Below, piece by piece: positions 38,063-49,923 of a DNA stretch of 64,000 bases (position 1 is its first letter; each line of letters opens with the position of its first letter). The notes below the pieces were generated by a model. That model was not told the origin of the DNA. It made no database searches and was given only the letters and a program-made list of their open reading frames with translations. Both the position numbers and the translations under genes were made by a program. The stretch is from Basidiobolus meristosporus CBS 931.73. Its lineage: Eukaryota; Fungi; Basidiobolomycota. Location of the stretch: positions 70,374 through 134,373 of the forward strand of contig MCFE01000197.1 in NCBI GenBank assembly GCA_002104905.1, given 5' to 3'.

Positions 38063-39277
38063 CTAATCTTGATGTGCAAAATTCTTATGCTTGAATAACT
38101 TAAGTTGATTTCCAGCAACTGGTGCTCTCAACTGGGTGTTGTCAAGCTCAGATATGTAATAACTTCCATTTCCAATCAGTTTGGAAATGAGGCAGGGGCC
38201 AGTCCATTTGTTGTCAAACTTCCGACTCCATTGCTTGTCCAAGGTAGAATCATAGAGTAATACTGGGTCTCCTAGTGCTAGAGGTTTTGGTCTTGTTGGG
38301 TGTGATTTGTCAAAGGGCACCTTGTTCTTTAGTCATGAATCCTTAAGTTGTTCAGCAGCTCTGCTAATATTCAAGTCATGGTGATCAAGTTGCTCTATGC
38401 GAGTTGCAAGGAGGTCTTCAGTCTGCATATTGGATCTCCAATTCAATGAGTTCCAAGTGACTGTGATTAACTCAACTGGTAGTATGCAGTCATGTCCATA
38501 GAGTAGCTTGAATGGCAATAATCCAGTTGTTCTCTTGGTAGTAATTCTATCTGCCCAGAGTACTAGATGTAATTGCTGTGGCCACAGTGTTGTGTTATTC
38601 TCACAAGTCTTGACAAGAGAGTTCACCAATGGTCCATGTCCTCTCTCTATCATTCCATTGGCTTGAGGGTGGTAAGCTGTTGTGAAAGCTATGTGTATCT
38701 TGTACTTTGAGCACAACTCCTGGATCATTTGGGATGTCATCTCTCCTCTGTCAGCAACAAACTGTTGGATGCAGCCAAATCTGCAGATGATGTCTTCAGG
38801 TATAAATCTCCATATGGTATGGCTCTTGTTGTTAGGCAAGGCTCAAGCCTCTGCCCATCCACTAAGGTCATCTCTAGCAACAATCAGGTACTTTTTTGAT
38901 CCAGCTGTTGGCATGTAGACAAGGTCAATACCAACCTTTTGCCACAGACAGATTGTGTAAGTAGGATGCAGTGGTTCTTCATAACGCTTGGAGGATCTCT
39001 TCTGGCAGGCTACACATGACTCAACAAAGTGTTGGATATCATAGTACATGTTTTCCCAGTAGTACCTCTGAGCTGTAGTTTTTTATGTGGCTTCTTGTCC
39101 TCTATGTCCTCCTGGTTCTCCTTGGTGGATACTTGTCATGATGTTCAGTTGCTCTTGAGGGGTAGTGACTACTCTTCTTGGCATAAGTCCAGACTTCACT
39201 TGCTTAAAGAGAAGATCATCTTTAAGATAGTAGTAGTGTGCCTTCTTCCGGAGTTTTCTAAACTCCTGAATATCCAT
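38063..39277 (-). pseudogene. G2 integrase pseudogene
   Basis: HQGEPGGHRG...CVAC (HHCC), GIDL, VADRG, YHPQANGMIER and WTGP. Broken by one frameshift and TGA stops at 38843-38845 and 38333-38335. Confidence 0.92.
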
Positions 39278-39358
39278 CCAACTAGGTTACTTAAGTGTCC
39301 TTAGATATTCCTTAATCAGACTCCAGGTAGTTCTCTCTTGGTCTTTGATGGCAATCTG

Positions 39359-40975
39359 TCAGATCTCTGCATCAATAATATCATCAAAGTGAGGGTCCAA
39401 GTCTTCAAATAATTGTGGTCCCTTCCTGGAGAGTGCATCAGCCACAACATTTGTCTTGCCAGGGATATGTCTGACCTCAAAGTCAAACATTTTCAGCCAT
39501 GCCATCCATTGGTTTGTGGCATCATCAGGTAGGTCAGGCTTGTTGATCATTCCTATCAGTGGCTTGGCATCTGTCTCCAGGATAAAATGTGTCATGTAGA
39601 GTTGTGACTTCAGTTTCCTCAGCATCTTCACAACTCCAAGTAGTTCTCTCTTAATCTGAGAGTATCTTTGCTCTCTAGGAGAGAATAGGCAGCTCTCATA
39701 TCTGCAGGCATAGCGGTTGCCATCTTCATCATCTTGTCCAAGAAGTGCTCCAGCTCCTATAGGGCTTGCATCCACTGTCAAAATAGGCGGGCATTCAGTG
39801 CTTTGATAGTCATGAGGTCTTAGAACTGGTGGAGATACTAAGGCCTCTTTCAGTAATTGCATGGCTTCTTCTTGCTCTTCTCCCCAGATAAATGGGGTAT
39901 TCTTTCTCTGTAGTTGGTAGATTAGTTCTGCTATCTCCAAAAATCTTGGGATCCAGATCCTAAAGAACCCACAAGCAGCCACAAAGCCACCAGCTTGTGT
40001 AAGATTTGTGGGGGTAGGCCAGTTGAGTATCTTTTGTGTCTTGGAGTCTCCAGGTGAACAACCAAAGGTGTTGCATTTTTGTCCCACAATGGATATCTCT
40101 GATACACCAAAGCTGCTTTTCTCACCACTGATGGTGAGTCCTGCTTCTTCAATGGCTCCTAATATGGCATCATTGTCTACAATATGGTTATAGACAAACT
40201 TTCTTACTCCAGGCATAACTTCAGTGGTGTCCCAGGAATTTGGTTCTTTGATGCCTATGTCATCCACAAAGATAGCAAGTTTCTCAGGTATAAACAGATA
40301 CAGCACATTTACCATGCATCTTGGGAACTGAGCCACAAAGTTTGTAGCCCCTTGGCTGAGTCTTGTCATCCTTAACAGTCCAAATGGTGTCTGTAGTGCA
40401 AACATATCTCTTGATGTCTTATCAAGGGGGATCTGGTCATATCCTGAGTAGAGATCATATGTTAAGTAGATGGAGTGGCCACTAAAGCTTTCTGCAAAGT
40501 CATCAATAGATGGAGGTATAGCAGCATCTCTGATAGTGACAGCATTTGCAGGTTGCATATCTTGAATGAATTGGAGCTTTCCATTCTTCTTTTTGGTCAC
40601 AAACCATCTGTTAGCATAGGGTCCATGGCAAGGTTCTAGGATACCAGCTTCTATCTTCTTCTTAAGTAGGTCATGCACATCAGCTTGGAGTCCTCTGGGC
40701 AGTGGGTAAGGCTTAAATGACCAGGGTGTGTGGGGCACTGTATGAATCTTGATGGATTTTTCAACCGATGTCTTTAAGAGTCCCATCTCCTTGTCATTAT
40801 ATGAGAAGACCTTATCATGCCTTTTCAAGGTCTCCTTGAATAATAGTATCTCCTCTGGTGTTAGGTTTCCATCACCAATGATAAGTTGCTTAAGTCTCTC
40901 AGGTGTAAGTTGTATATCTTCTGGTGTTTCTTCTGGTGGTCTAATGTAATCAGCAGGCTGAGATCCATCAGTCAA
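39359..40975 (-). pseudogene. G2 reverse transcriptase-RNase H (uninterrupted 538 codons within a disrupted pol)
   Basis: RLSQGATN, FVDD, TVDAS, ETDAKP and ADALSR motifs. Confidence 0.95.
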
Positions 40976-41052
40976 TGGGGTAAGTGATGGTCTAATCTTC
41001 TGTTCTACTGTCTTGTATTTTGTTTGATCCGTAGCTGTTTGCTCCTGTATAC

Positions 41053-41979
41053 CTAATGAGCAGCTCCAAATGTTGGGTGTATATTGTCAGGCTCTTCATC
41101 TTCTTCCATAACAAGATGTGCCTTCTGGCAAGCAGTATGCGTCCTCTTATTGTTGGGTGTTACACCACAGAAGGTTGACTGTAGTCCTGGATTGGATCCT
41201 TGTATGGTGTACCATACTAACCCATTGGAATAGTTGGTAATTGTAGCCTTAGTACTGGCTTCCCATGGTCTACCTAGCAGAAGGTCAAAGTTTGCCTTAT
41301 GGCAGATGAAGAGGGGAAGCCAGACCTTGATTCCTTGTACCTCAATAGTGAACTTATGTACTACACCATAGAGTGGACTAGATCCTGAGTTTGCATTGGT
41401 CATATTCCATCCAATATCTCTATCAACAGGCAGTAGCTCCTTGCTTTTAAGTGTCTTCCAGAAGTCTAGCGGCATAACACAAATCTCTGAGCCACTGTCA
41501 ATATGGCAGTCAACAGGGTCATCATATGTATACCCTTTCACCACAGCAGTTGCAACTGAGTAAAAGGTCTGATATTCAGTAGTGTTATCATCCTTTTGGT
41601 GGTCTTCATGGTTTGTCTGAATTATATGGGTGTCCATATGTTCAACAGCTTGTTGTCTTGTTCTAAGCTGCTCATCAAAGGTCTTCCTAACAGATGGGGA
41701 TACACTCATGATTTCTCCAACCAACAAAGTGAAGTTCTGCTCCAGCAGCTTCTCAGTAATCGGTTGAGGGCTTGAGTAGCTTGCTATCTTTGAGGTCATC
41801 TGAAAGTGAGGCAATGGATCTTGGGTGGGCAGCATACTCGGCCTCTTGTCAATAACAACTTCAGGTTCTTCAAATCGTGGTCTTCTAAGGATGGGCTTGG
41901 CAGGTTCTTCAGGGAGGTGTCTTTTGGTAGCAAAGGCATCAACTTCATATTGTCTGTTGTCAGGGCTGCTTGGATTCAC
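41053..41979 (-). pseudogene. G2 aspartic protease region
   Basis: HIDSGSEICVM and FDLLLGRPW. It is frameshifted from the downstream KYKTV..KIRP segment. Confidence 0.88.
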
Positions 41980-42914
41980 TTTATGAGTCTCAATAGGGAC
42001 ATCAACAGTAAACTTTCTGGTTGCTGAGTCAGATTTCTGGAAAGGGCTCTCATCCCTCCTCTTTGGAAATTAGTGGGAATCCTTCTTCCTTCCTTGTCAG
42101 CAAGCATTCCATCAGCATAAAACTGTACTGCTCCTTCTCTGAGTAGCTGACTAAGCTCTGAGCATTCTTGTCTGGCATGCTGAGTAGAGTAACACCAGAA
42201 GCAGTGCCTGGGCAAAGGTCTTTGTCCCTCAGTAGCAACCTCAGCTGAGCCATTAATCTTGAGGGCTAGTTTTTGTAGCTGTTCAGCAAGTTGGTCAATT
42301 CTGTTGGTAGTGTAGGTCTGATTGTCCGCAGCAGCACTCCTTGGCTCCTTGGTTGACTGGTCTGGCAGATTAGATGTCAGGAGTCTCATAAAGGTAGAAG
42401 TTTGTTTTGCCTCTGGGAGAACATGTTTCATCTCTGCAAAGCAAGGAATGCCAGACTTGTCATCCTTGGCTGCATGTAAGTCAACTTTCCTTGCCAAGTC
42501 CTGGGGAAGCCCTTGTGCAAGGTAAAGTGTTATGGTAAACTCAGTCATAGCCTGGGACTCTAGGAGTGGCTTGGCCATATCTTCATACTGTTGAATGAAC
42601 TCTTCAAGTGGTAGCTTGGAAAGTCCAGTTCTTCCAAAGTGCCTGAGGTCTTCAATTCCATAGTATATCTGGGGTCTACCATACTTGGTCTGTAGGTAGG
42701 TCTTCATTAAGGCCCAGTCAGTGAGAATATCTCCTTGTCTGAGAAGCTTAGTGGTAATATCATTGGTGCAGTAGTAGGGGAAGTCTTCAGCCATTTCTTG
42801 TTCAGATAGGCTGCACATCTTGCAGAGCTTCTCCCATTTGAATATGAAGCTTTCCACATTCTTTCCATCAAACTGTGGGGCTCCATGTGAGAGTCATAAT
42901 GGCATAGAGTTCAT
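41976..42914 (-). pseudogene. G2 gag pseudogene
   Basis: ATG at 42914, in-frame TGA at 42894-42896, PQFDGKNV motif, and CCHC knuckle CFWCYSTQHARQEC. Confidence 0.88.
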
Positions 42915-43032
42915 TTTGGGCAGGTAGGTTGGTGTTGTAATCTTGGTAATATTGGTAGTCTCTTTTCAATAGGTGGATAACAGCTCAAATCTTCAGGTAG
43001 ATCTTGTTGGGTCCTAGGGAGCTTGTATGAAC

Positions 43033-43050
43033 CCCCCATGTTGGGTGCCA
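43033..43050 (-). promoter_or_regulatory. G2 primer-binding site, tRNA-Lys(CUU) type
   Basis: TGGCACCCAACATGGGGG lies 4 nt from the LTR. The known Lys1,2 PBS is TGGCGCCCAACGTGGGGC, and two of the three differences are CG to CA. Confidence 0.8.
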
Positions 43051-45768
43051 AATATGTGGTGGTGTATAGGTCCAAGGGAGAGATATGTCCAACACCTCTC
43101 AAGTGTTTTGTGTGTGGGATGTTCACTGGGTGCAATAACCTATGGCAAAAGCTTGCTAGGAATACTTGGGTTCTGTTTCTAATCTAATGTGAAGGGGAAT
43201 AAAGCCACTAGCTTGTCAAGGGAAAACTATTGAGCTACAATCCCCAACTTAGTTGGCGTCTTAACAAAAGTATGTGCTGGGTTCAGAGTCCTTTGAGATG
43301 ACAATGTACTAAAGCTTCCAAAGTCAAAACAACTGTAAACTCCACCAGCAGGGACTTGATAAGAATGCAGCTGTGGTCAATAGTTACAAAGTCAGAAAAG
43401 TATCTTTGCCTGTACAAGAACAAACTTGGGAAAGAATCAAATATAATAAAGGATACCTACTCTAAGTATTCCTCACAAGTAGTGCCTCCAAGGTCAGTTG
43501 GCTGTCAGCACGGTTTCCTGGGAGTGTCCTGTGGTCTAGGGTTGGAAGTGCAGGTAGCAGCAGGTAGCAGTGATCACACTAATCAACAAGTTGGTATATT
43601 GATAAAAGGGATGATGATTTATTGTAGAGGGATAGCCTCCCTTATATACTTTTCTCACTGGCTCAGTGATTACTAATCATGGTGTTCCAGAAGGTTCTGG
43701 ATATCAATAGAAATCTTAATGACATCAGAATGACCTAAGAATGCTCTAAGTAGGTGCTGGAAGGTTCTAAGAGGCACAGCACATCCAACCAATCAGGAAT
43801 CAGTATTCTGAAACCTGTGTAACATGGGGATTCCATATATGGTATGGAAATGGTAGGGATGGTGATATGGGTTGATCATGTGTCATGGGTACTGGGGCGG
43901 GTACTTGCCTAATATAGAAGCACTTGTAGCTAGTAATCTTACATAAAGTGAGGGGTAACTTATGCAATAAGGTAAGCAGGTGTGATAGTCAACCAGCTTA
44001 TGGGATAGTACTGATTGGGTAAGACAAATGGGATAAAACTAAAATGAGTGTAGTGGGGATATAGGGAAGTAGAAAATAAGGGAATGAGCACATCTATCAG
44101 TGGGTGTCACTGTCACCCCACTACAGCGCTTGACAACTATTTGAGTGGATCCAACCAGCCAATACACCCAATTGCTTTATATGGCAAAAAACATGTTGCT
44201 GTTTTGATGGCCTTTTTGTGAGGCTCTGATGGCATTATCATGGTAGTATGGCAGCCTACAGCTAGTTCTGTGTAATGCTAATTTACCACTTTACCAAATG
44301 ATATTTCCTTTTTCTACCTCCCCTTGCACAATTCATATATTCCACTGTAGAATTGCCCCTCTTTATTTGCTTACCCACTGCTAACTTGGGTACTCCACAT
44401 ATAGTTTGAATTGAAATATACTATGGCCTGTTACAAGTCTTGGAATAAGAGTTGCAGAGGATTAGGGAGTTTTGCTAGTATTGTATTCATCAAAACTTGA
44501 ACTGATTTTGGTTGAGGTTCCAGCAGCTCCATATACACATTCTGCCAGATCAATTGCTGACTAATTGTATTTTGTAATGTAGGCTATGGCTAATGATTCA
44601 TTTGATTGCATCATCATCACCCAATAAGGTCCTACTTAATATATCTATTTCTGTCTGATAAGGATCTGCTGATTCATTTGCTGACTAATGCTACTGATTT
44701 GATAGATAACCCTGATGTACTGATAGGCTAAACATATAACTAATAGATTTGACTAAAAACTGATCTAACTTAAACATTGAAGCAGTAGATCATAATATTC
44801 TCCCATACTAAAGTTAAGAGTGTTCTCCTGTATCGCCTTTCTTGTTATACCAATATCCTGATGGTTTAGTATTGTCAGCAATTCTTGCAAGATTGAATCT
44901 GTCTCTATAAACTAAGTCTTCCCAGAAATTACCTTTTTTGACTACTAGTTGGTAAGTTCCAAATGGGCATTTTCTGACGATCTTGAGAGGTCCTGTCCAT
45001 TGTGGTTCAAACTTCTTGCATGTGATGATTTTCACCAATACAAAGTTCCCAACTGTCAACACCTCTGGTGATTTAGTCTTATCAAATCTCTGCTTCACTT
45101 TTTCTGCACTCTGAGATACTTAAGCCTGTGCCTCTTGATGTCTTTGTTCTAGTTACTAGTATCTACTTAGCTGACTGAGTTCATCTTCTAAAGCATCTGT
45201 AAGCCTTTGTTGTGTGAGATCTCCTGAGATCCTTGGTTCACATCCATACACTGAGTAAAATGACAATTGGTTGATTCAGCAATGTGGGCATGTTTTCACC
45301 AGCTTCTGGATATCTTGTTTCATTTTAGGCCACCATGCTCTGGCTTTCATAAGGCTATAGGTTCCTTCAATTCCAAGATGCCCATATCCACTTCATAACT
45401 TATGCAATATATCTAGTTGAGCAGCATAAGGGCAATAGGCAAAAAGGCTTCCATCAACCATTTGGCTGAGTGTTTCATCCTGTACTACAGATTTGCTGGC
45501 TTCATACTGGACTATCTTTTTGATCTCTTCATCCACCTTATTAGGAATGGATTGGTCCCCAAGTACATTAGTGATAGGCTAGGTCAATCTGATTGACAAA
45601 CCAAGTTGAGTTGGGCAACTTGTTCTAGTCTTGGTAAAGCATCAGCAACCATGTCATTTTTCCCAGTACAGTAGACAATCTCCAAGTCAAATTGCTGAAT
45701 GTATTCACTCCATCTTGTCATTCTTTGGGATAGAACCTTCTAAGTAAACATATAATTGAATCTGGTAT

Positions 45769-46821
45769 TGTAGTGGGGTCACAGTGACACCTACCTACAG
45801 ATATTCTCATTCCCATATATTCAACTTCCTTACTTTTCTACTACCCTTATATTATTTTTATCCTATTTGTCCTACTTGATCAGTACTTTCCCATTAGCTG
45901 GCTGACTATCACACCTGCTTGTGTTATTGCATAAGTTATCCCTCACATTATGTAAAATCACTTGATGTAAGTGCCTCTATATTTGGCAAGTACCCGCGCC
46001 TGTACCTGTGACACCATCCCTACCATTTTCATACCATATATTGTACCCTAATGTAACACAGATTTCAGAATACTGATCCCTGATTGGTTGGGTTTGCTGT
46101 GCTGTTTAGAACCTTCCAGCACCTACTTAGAACATTCTTAGCTCATTCTGATGTCATTAAGTTTCTATTTTGATCACCAGAACCTTTTGGAACACTATGA
46201 TTAGTACTCACTTTACCGGTGAGAAAAGTATATAAGGGGGGGCAATCCCTCAACAATACATCATCATCCCTTTTATCACTATACCAACTTGTTAATTGAT
46301 GTGATTACTGCTGCCTACTGCTACCTGAACTTCCACCTGCAGATCACAGGACACTCCCAGGTAACTGTGCTGACAGCCAACTGATCTTAGAGGCAGTACC
46401 TGTGAGGAATATTCACAGTAGGTATCTTTTATTTTATTTGATTCCTTCCCAAGTTTGTTCTTGTACAGGCAAAGATGCCTTTCTGTCTTTGTGACTATTG
46501 ACCACAGCTGTATTCTTATCAAGTCCTTGCTGGTGGAGTGTAGAGTTGTTTTGACTTTGGAAGCCTTAGTACATTGTCATCTCAAAGGATGCTGAGCCCA
46601 GCACATACTATTGTTAGACATCAACTGAGTTGGGGATTGTAGCTCAATAGCTTTCTCTTGACAAGCTTATGGCTCTATTGCTCATCACATTAGATTAGAG
46701 ACAGAACCCAAGTATTCCTAGCAAATGTTTGCCAGAGGTTATTGCACCCAGTGAGCACCCCACACACAAAACACTTGAGCAGTGGTAAATTATCACTCCC
46801 TTGAGCTTATATACCACCACA
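45769..46821 (+). repeat. Solo LTR of family C (G2 LTR family), diverged
   Basis: Reverse complement of 43055-44125, TGTAGTGGGG...ACCACCACA ends, flanks GTAT and GCAT. Confidence 0.9.
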
Positions 46822-47599
46822 GCATCTGAAAGGCAGTCTCACAGGCTATGTCCCAATTCATGGTGTTGTCTTTGTTGAGAAAATCTGTTTAAGGGGTGCA
46901 ATACTTGCAAAGGACTTACAAATCCTTCAAATAGGAAACTACTCCAATGAATGATCAGAGTTTTGATTTGCTATGGGGCTGCTTCAGATTCTTGATGACT
47001 TCAACCTTCTTGGGGTTCAAGGTCACTCCTGTGCTGGTCTCTATGTCTCCCATTTATTCAACATGTTTGCTCAAGAATTCACATTTTGCTAGCTTGCTGT
47101 ACAGCTTATTCTGTGCTTCTTCAAGACCTTTTCAATGTGCACCAAGTGTTTCTCTTCTGTCTTGCTGTATATCAACATGTTATCTAGGTAGATTAGCACA
47201 AACCTGTCTAAGTATTCTTGGAAGACAGTTTGCATCAAGGTCATGAATGTTGCCAGGGCATTGGTAAGGCCAAAACTCATGACTAAGTACTTGTAATGTC
47301 CATATATGGTCCTGAATGCTGTCTTAGGGATGTCTTCTGGTTTCACTCTAATCTGGTTGTATGCTGATATGAGGTCAGTCTTGCTGAATATGATAGCTCC
47401 ATTAAGTTGGTCCAAAAGCTCATCAATCCAAGGTATGGGGTACTTATTCTTCATGGTAACTGAGTTGAGGGCTTTGTAGTCAAAGCAAATCCTGAGTGTT
47501 CCATCCTTCTTTTTCATAAAGAGTACTTGTGCTCTCCAAGGTGACTTGCAGGGTCTAATATTTCCTTGCTCCAATATTTGATACATTTGTCTCTTCATC

Positions 47600-48828
47600 T
47601 GTTGTGTTGTATTATGATTAGTTTGGGGCTTGTTCTACAATGTAGAGGCTAATCAACAATATACAACAACTTCCAGTATGCTAATACTGAAATAGTTTAT
47701 TGGGAGTTTGATATACCAATAGAAGATATAACTTTACTAATTTCCTCAATCTTAGGCTCAAAATATACTGTAGGCAGTGTTTATCACTTCTACAGCAGTG
47801 TTCTGACCTTCTGTTGACTAATGGGATTATTTACTTTTACAGTAACTTTTCCTTATTTGGAAGTCATTTTCCTTTCTGAGAAAATATTTCCTAATATGGA
47901 AACTCTGAACTCCCCTTTAACCTAAAGGGGTGTGTTGTAGAAGTCTCTAAAGGGGTCTTTAAACCTAAAGGGGTGTCTTTACAGTAAAGGGGCTTCTTGT
48001 AGTGGTCTCTAAAGTGGACTTTACACTACAGGGGTGCCTAAAGGGGCTTCTTTAGAGTAAAGGGTTTCCTTAAAGGGGTCTCTAAAGGGGCTTTAGACTA
48101 AAGGGGTGTCTAAAGGGGTGTCTTTAGAGTAAAAGGGTTTCTTAGAGGGGACTTTTCCAACAGAAAAGTGGTAGTTTCTTGTAGAACTTAGATTGGATTC
48201 TTGTGAGCTTTACATTCTCTTTACTGATGTAGTATCAATCAAAGTCAGAATACTCAACAGTGCAAGTGATGCAGGGGAAGTCTTATAACCTTTAAACTTG
48301 TAATTGTAGTATGGAGATTCTGGAAAGTGAGGCTCTCTTTTATTTTTCAGCTGGGGAAGTCATATATATGAAAATTTTGAAGGATCAAAGTTTTTGGGCA
48401 ATTGCGCAAGCAATACACATGATATAAAGCTAAAATTTTGCAGTGGCGCAGATCGGACATAGGCGCAGCACCTGTGAAAGTTTCACGTGATTTGATTTGG
48501 CCGGTTCAAAAGTTACATGGGATCAAAGTCACCATAGTAATCCTAGCAATAAGGCATAGTATATATAATAGTTGGACTCTTTTGATCCTAACTCCTTAAG
48601 TACTGCTTCAAATGAGCTGTAATTTGAAACATGTGTTGGCTACTGCATGTTCTGTATGTCATAATATTCTTGGGTGGATTGCTTGTCAGGGTCTGGAGCA
48701 TTTGTTCATCAAAGTTGGAAATTCTTGATCTTTCACTTGTGTGTTACGATAGCAAAAAGCAAAATAAAGAAATGAGTGCAATATTGGTTTAGTGATATTG
48801 TAGTAATGGAATACTGTCCATTACCACA
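47600..48828 (+). repeat. Solo LTR of family B (1229 bp), 4-bp TSD CATC
   Basis: About 96% identical to 1732-2974, CATC at 47596-47599 and 48829-48832, and the flanks rejoin into G1 coding sequence (ELEKMKR). Confidence 0.92.
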
Positions 48829-49483
48829 CATCTTTTCTAACTCCAATGGACTCACTGTGTAAGGTATCTTACTCACTGAGGGGGCTATCTTCTATGTCAA
48901 TGGCATGATCCACCTTTCTGACTAGGGGTAGGCTTACAAATTCATCTGGAAACACGGCTCAATATTCCTTTAAAACAGTCTGGACCTTCTGGGATGCTGT
49001 AGTGTAGGAATCCTCCTGTAATACCACCATGAGGAACATCTGGGTACATTGTCTGAGTGCTGTACAGAATGTGTCTTGCTAAGCCCACTTGTTTCACACA
49101 CATTGGAATTGATCAAGCTGAAATCTAGTCTGGCAGGTATTAGCTCATAAGTCTTGTTGTCCTTCAGGTTCTGAGTAGCATGGGTTCCCCAGTTAGCTGA
49201 TGGATTACAACAAAATAGCCAGGTTTTTCCAAGTGCAAAGTCAAATTTGCAGGTCCCAAATATATTGACTTGTAGGCCTTCTTCATAGTCCTTGATCTTC
49301 ATTCTTACTGACTGAGTAATATGGCTTATTATGTGAGAGTTCCCATCTGCTGTCAAGAAAACTCATATACCTCACTGGAGTGTAGATCAACTGGCTGCAC
49401 TTCATACTCTTGTGAAAACAGCTATTTTCTTGTTGGTAATTCTTCTTTGCTATAGTGGAATTCAGTCTGCTCTGGGCTTATGG

Positions 49484-49775
49484 TGTAGTGGGGTCACAGC
49501 AATACCCACCAACAGATGTGCTCATTCCCATACTTTTACTTCCCTATTTTCCTACTACCCTTATTTTATCCTGTATGTCTTAGTTGGTAAGTACTTTCCC
49601 ATAAGCTTGCTCACTAACACACCTACTTACCTTATTGCATAAGTTATTCCTCACTTTATGTAAGATTACTAGCTATAAGTGCTTCTATATTAGGCAAGTG
49701 CCTGCACCAGTACCTGTGACACATGGTCAACTTGTGTCAGCATCTCTACCATTTCTATACCATATATGGTATCTC
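49484..49775 (+). repeat. Truncated LTR of family C inserted in a CMC-1 ORF2 fragment
   Basis: Starts TGTAGTGGGGTCACAG, matches 45769-46050, left flank ATGG. Confidence 0.8.
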
Positions 49776-49923
49776 TTTGACTAAGTTTTTTGTGAAATCT
49801 GGGGTGCAATTATTTACCAACAGTCTCTTGACAGTGTCTTGACAAGATCAGTACCTCTTAGTCACGGGACTTTCTCTTTGTGATGGCCCTTTGACAGGAT
49901 CATCTCAATAATTTTTCATAGGG
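49776..49923 (+). mobile_element. CMC-1 right end (TIR ends at 49923)
   Basis: Matches 55445-55592 and 22935-23077. Confidence 0.85.

Larger units (their letters stand above)
36145..44125 (-). mobile_element. Near-complete Ty3/Gypsy element G2 with 4-bp TSD GCGC
   Basis: LTRs at 43055-44125 (5') and 36145-38023 (3', 1071 bp after removing the D insertion), about 20 differences. GCGC at 36141-36144 and 44126-44129. PBS, PPT, gag-pro-RT-RH-IN, and no chromodomain. Confidence 0.96.
44429..49360 (-). mobile_element. G1 Ty3/Gypsy copy (3' LTR 44429-44797, IN, RH, RT, protease), interrupted by solo LTR-C and solo LTR-B
   Basis: ORFs 44814-45098 (WTGP), 47089-47598 (RT: [18 protein letters not shown]) and 48970-49356 (DFALGKTWL). 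Collinear with 24875-29143. Confidence 0.9.

Noticed and set aside
41976-42070. Programmed -1 frameshift between G2 gag and protease
   Set aside because: The frames overlap by about 90 nt, but I found no correctly phased slippery heptamer, so a mutational indel cannot be excluded.
1728-44130. 5-bp TSDs (GATAT, CATCT, GCGCT) instead of 4-bp
   Set aside because: The fifth T on the left is the first base of the LTR's TG, and the CCGG insertion is followed by A, so the pattern is coincidental.
1732-48828. The two LTR-B copies as ends of one 47-kb giant retroelement
   Set aside because: Each copy has its own TSD (GATA and CATC) and its own rejoining flanks, so they are independent solo LTRs.
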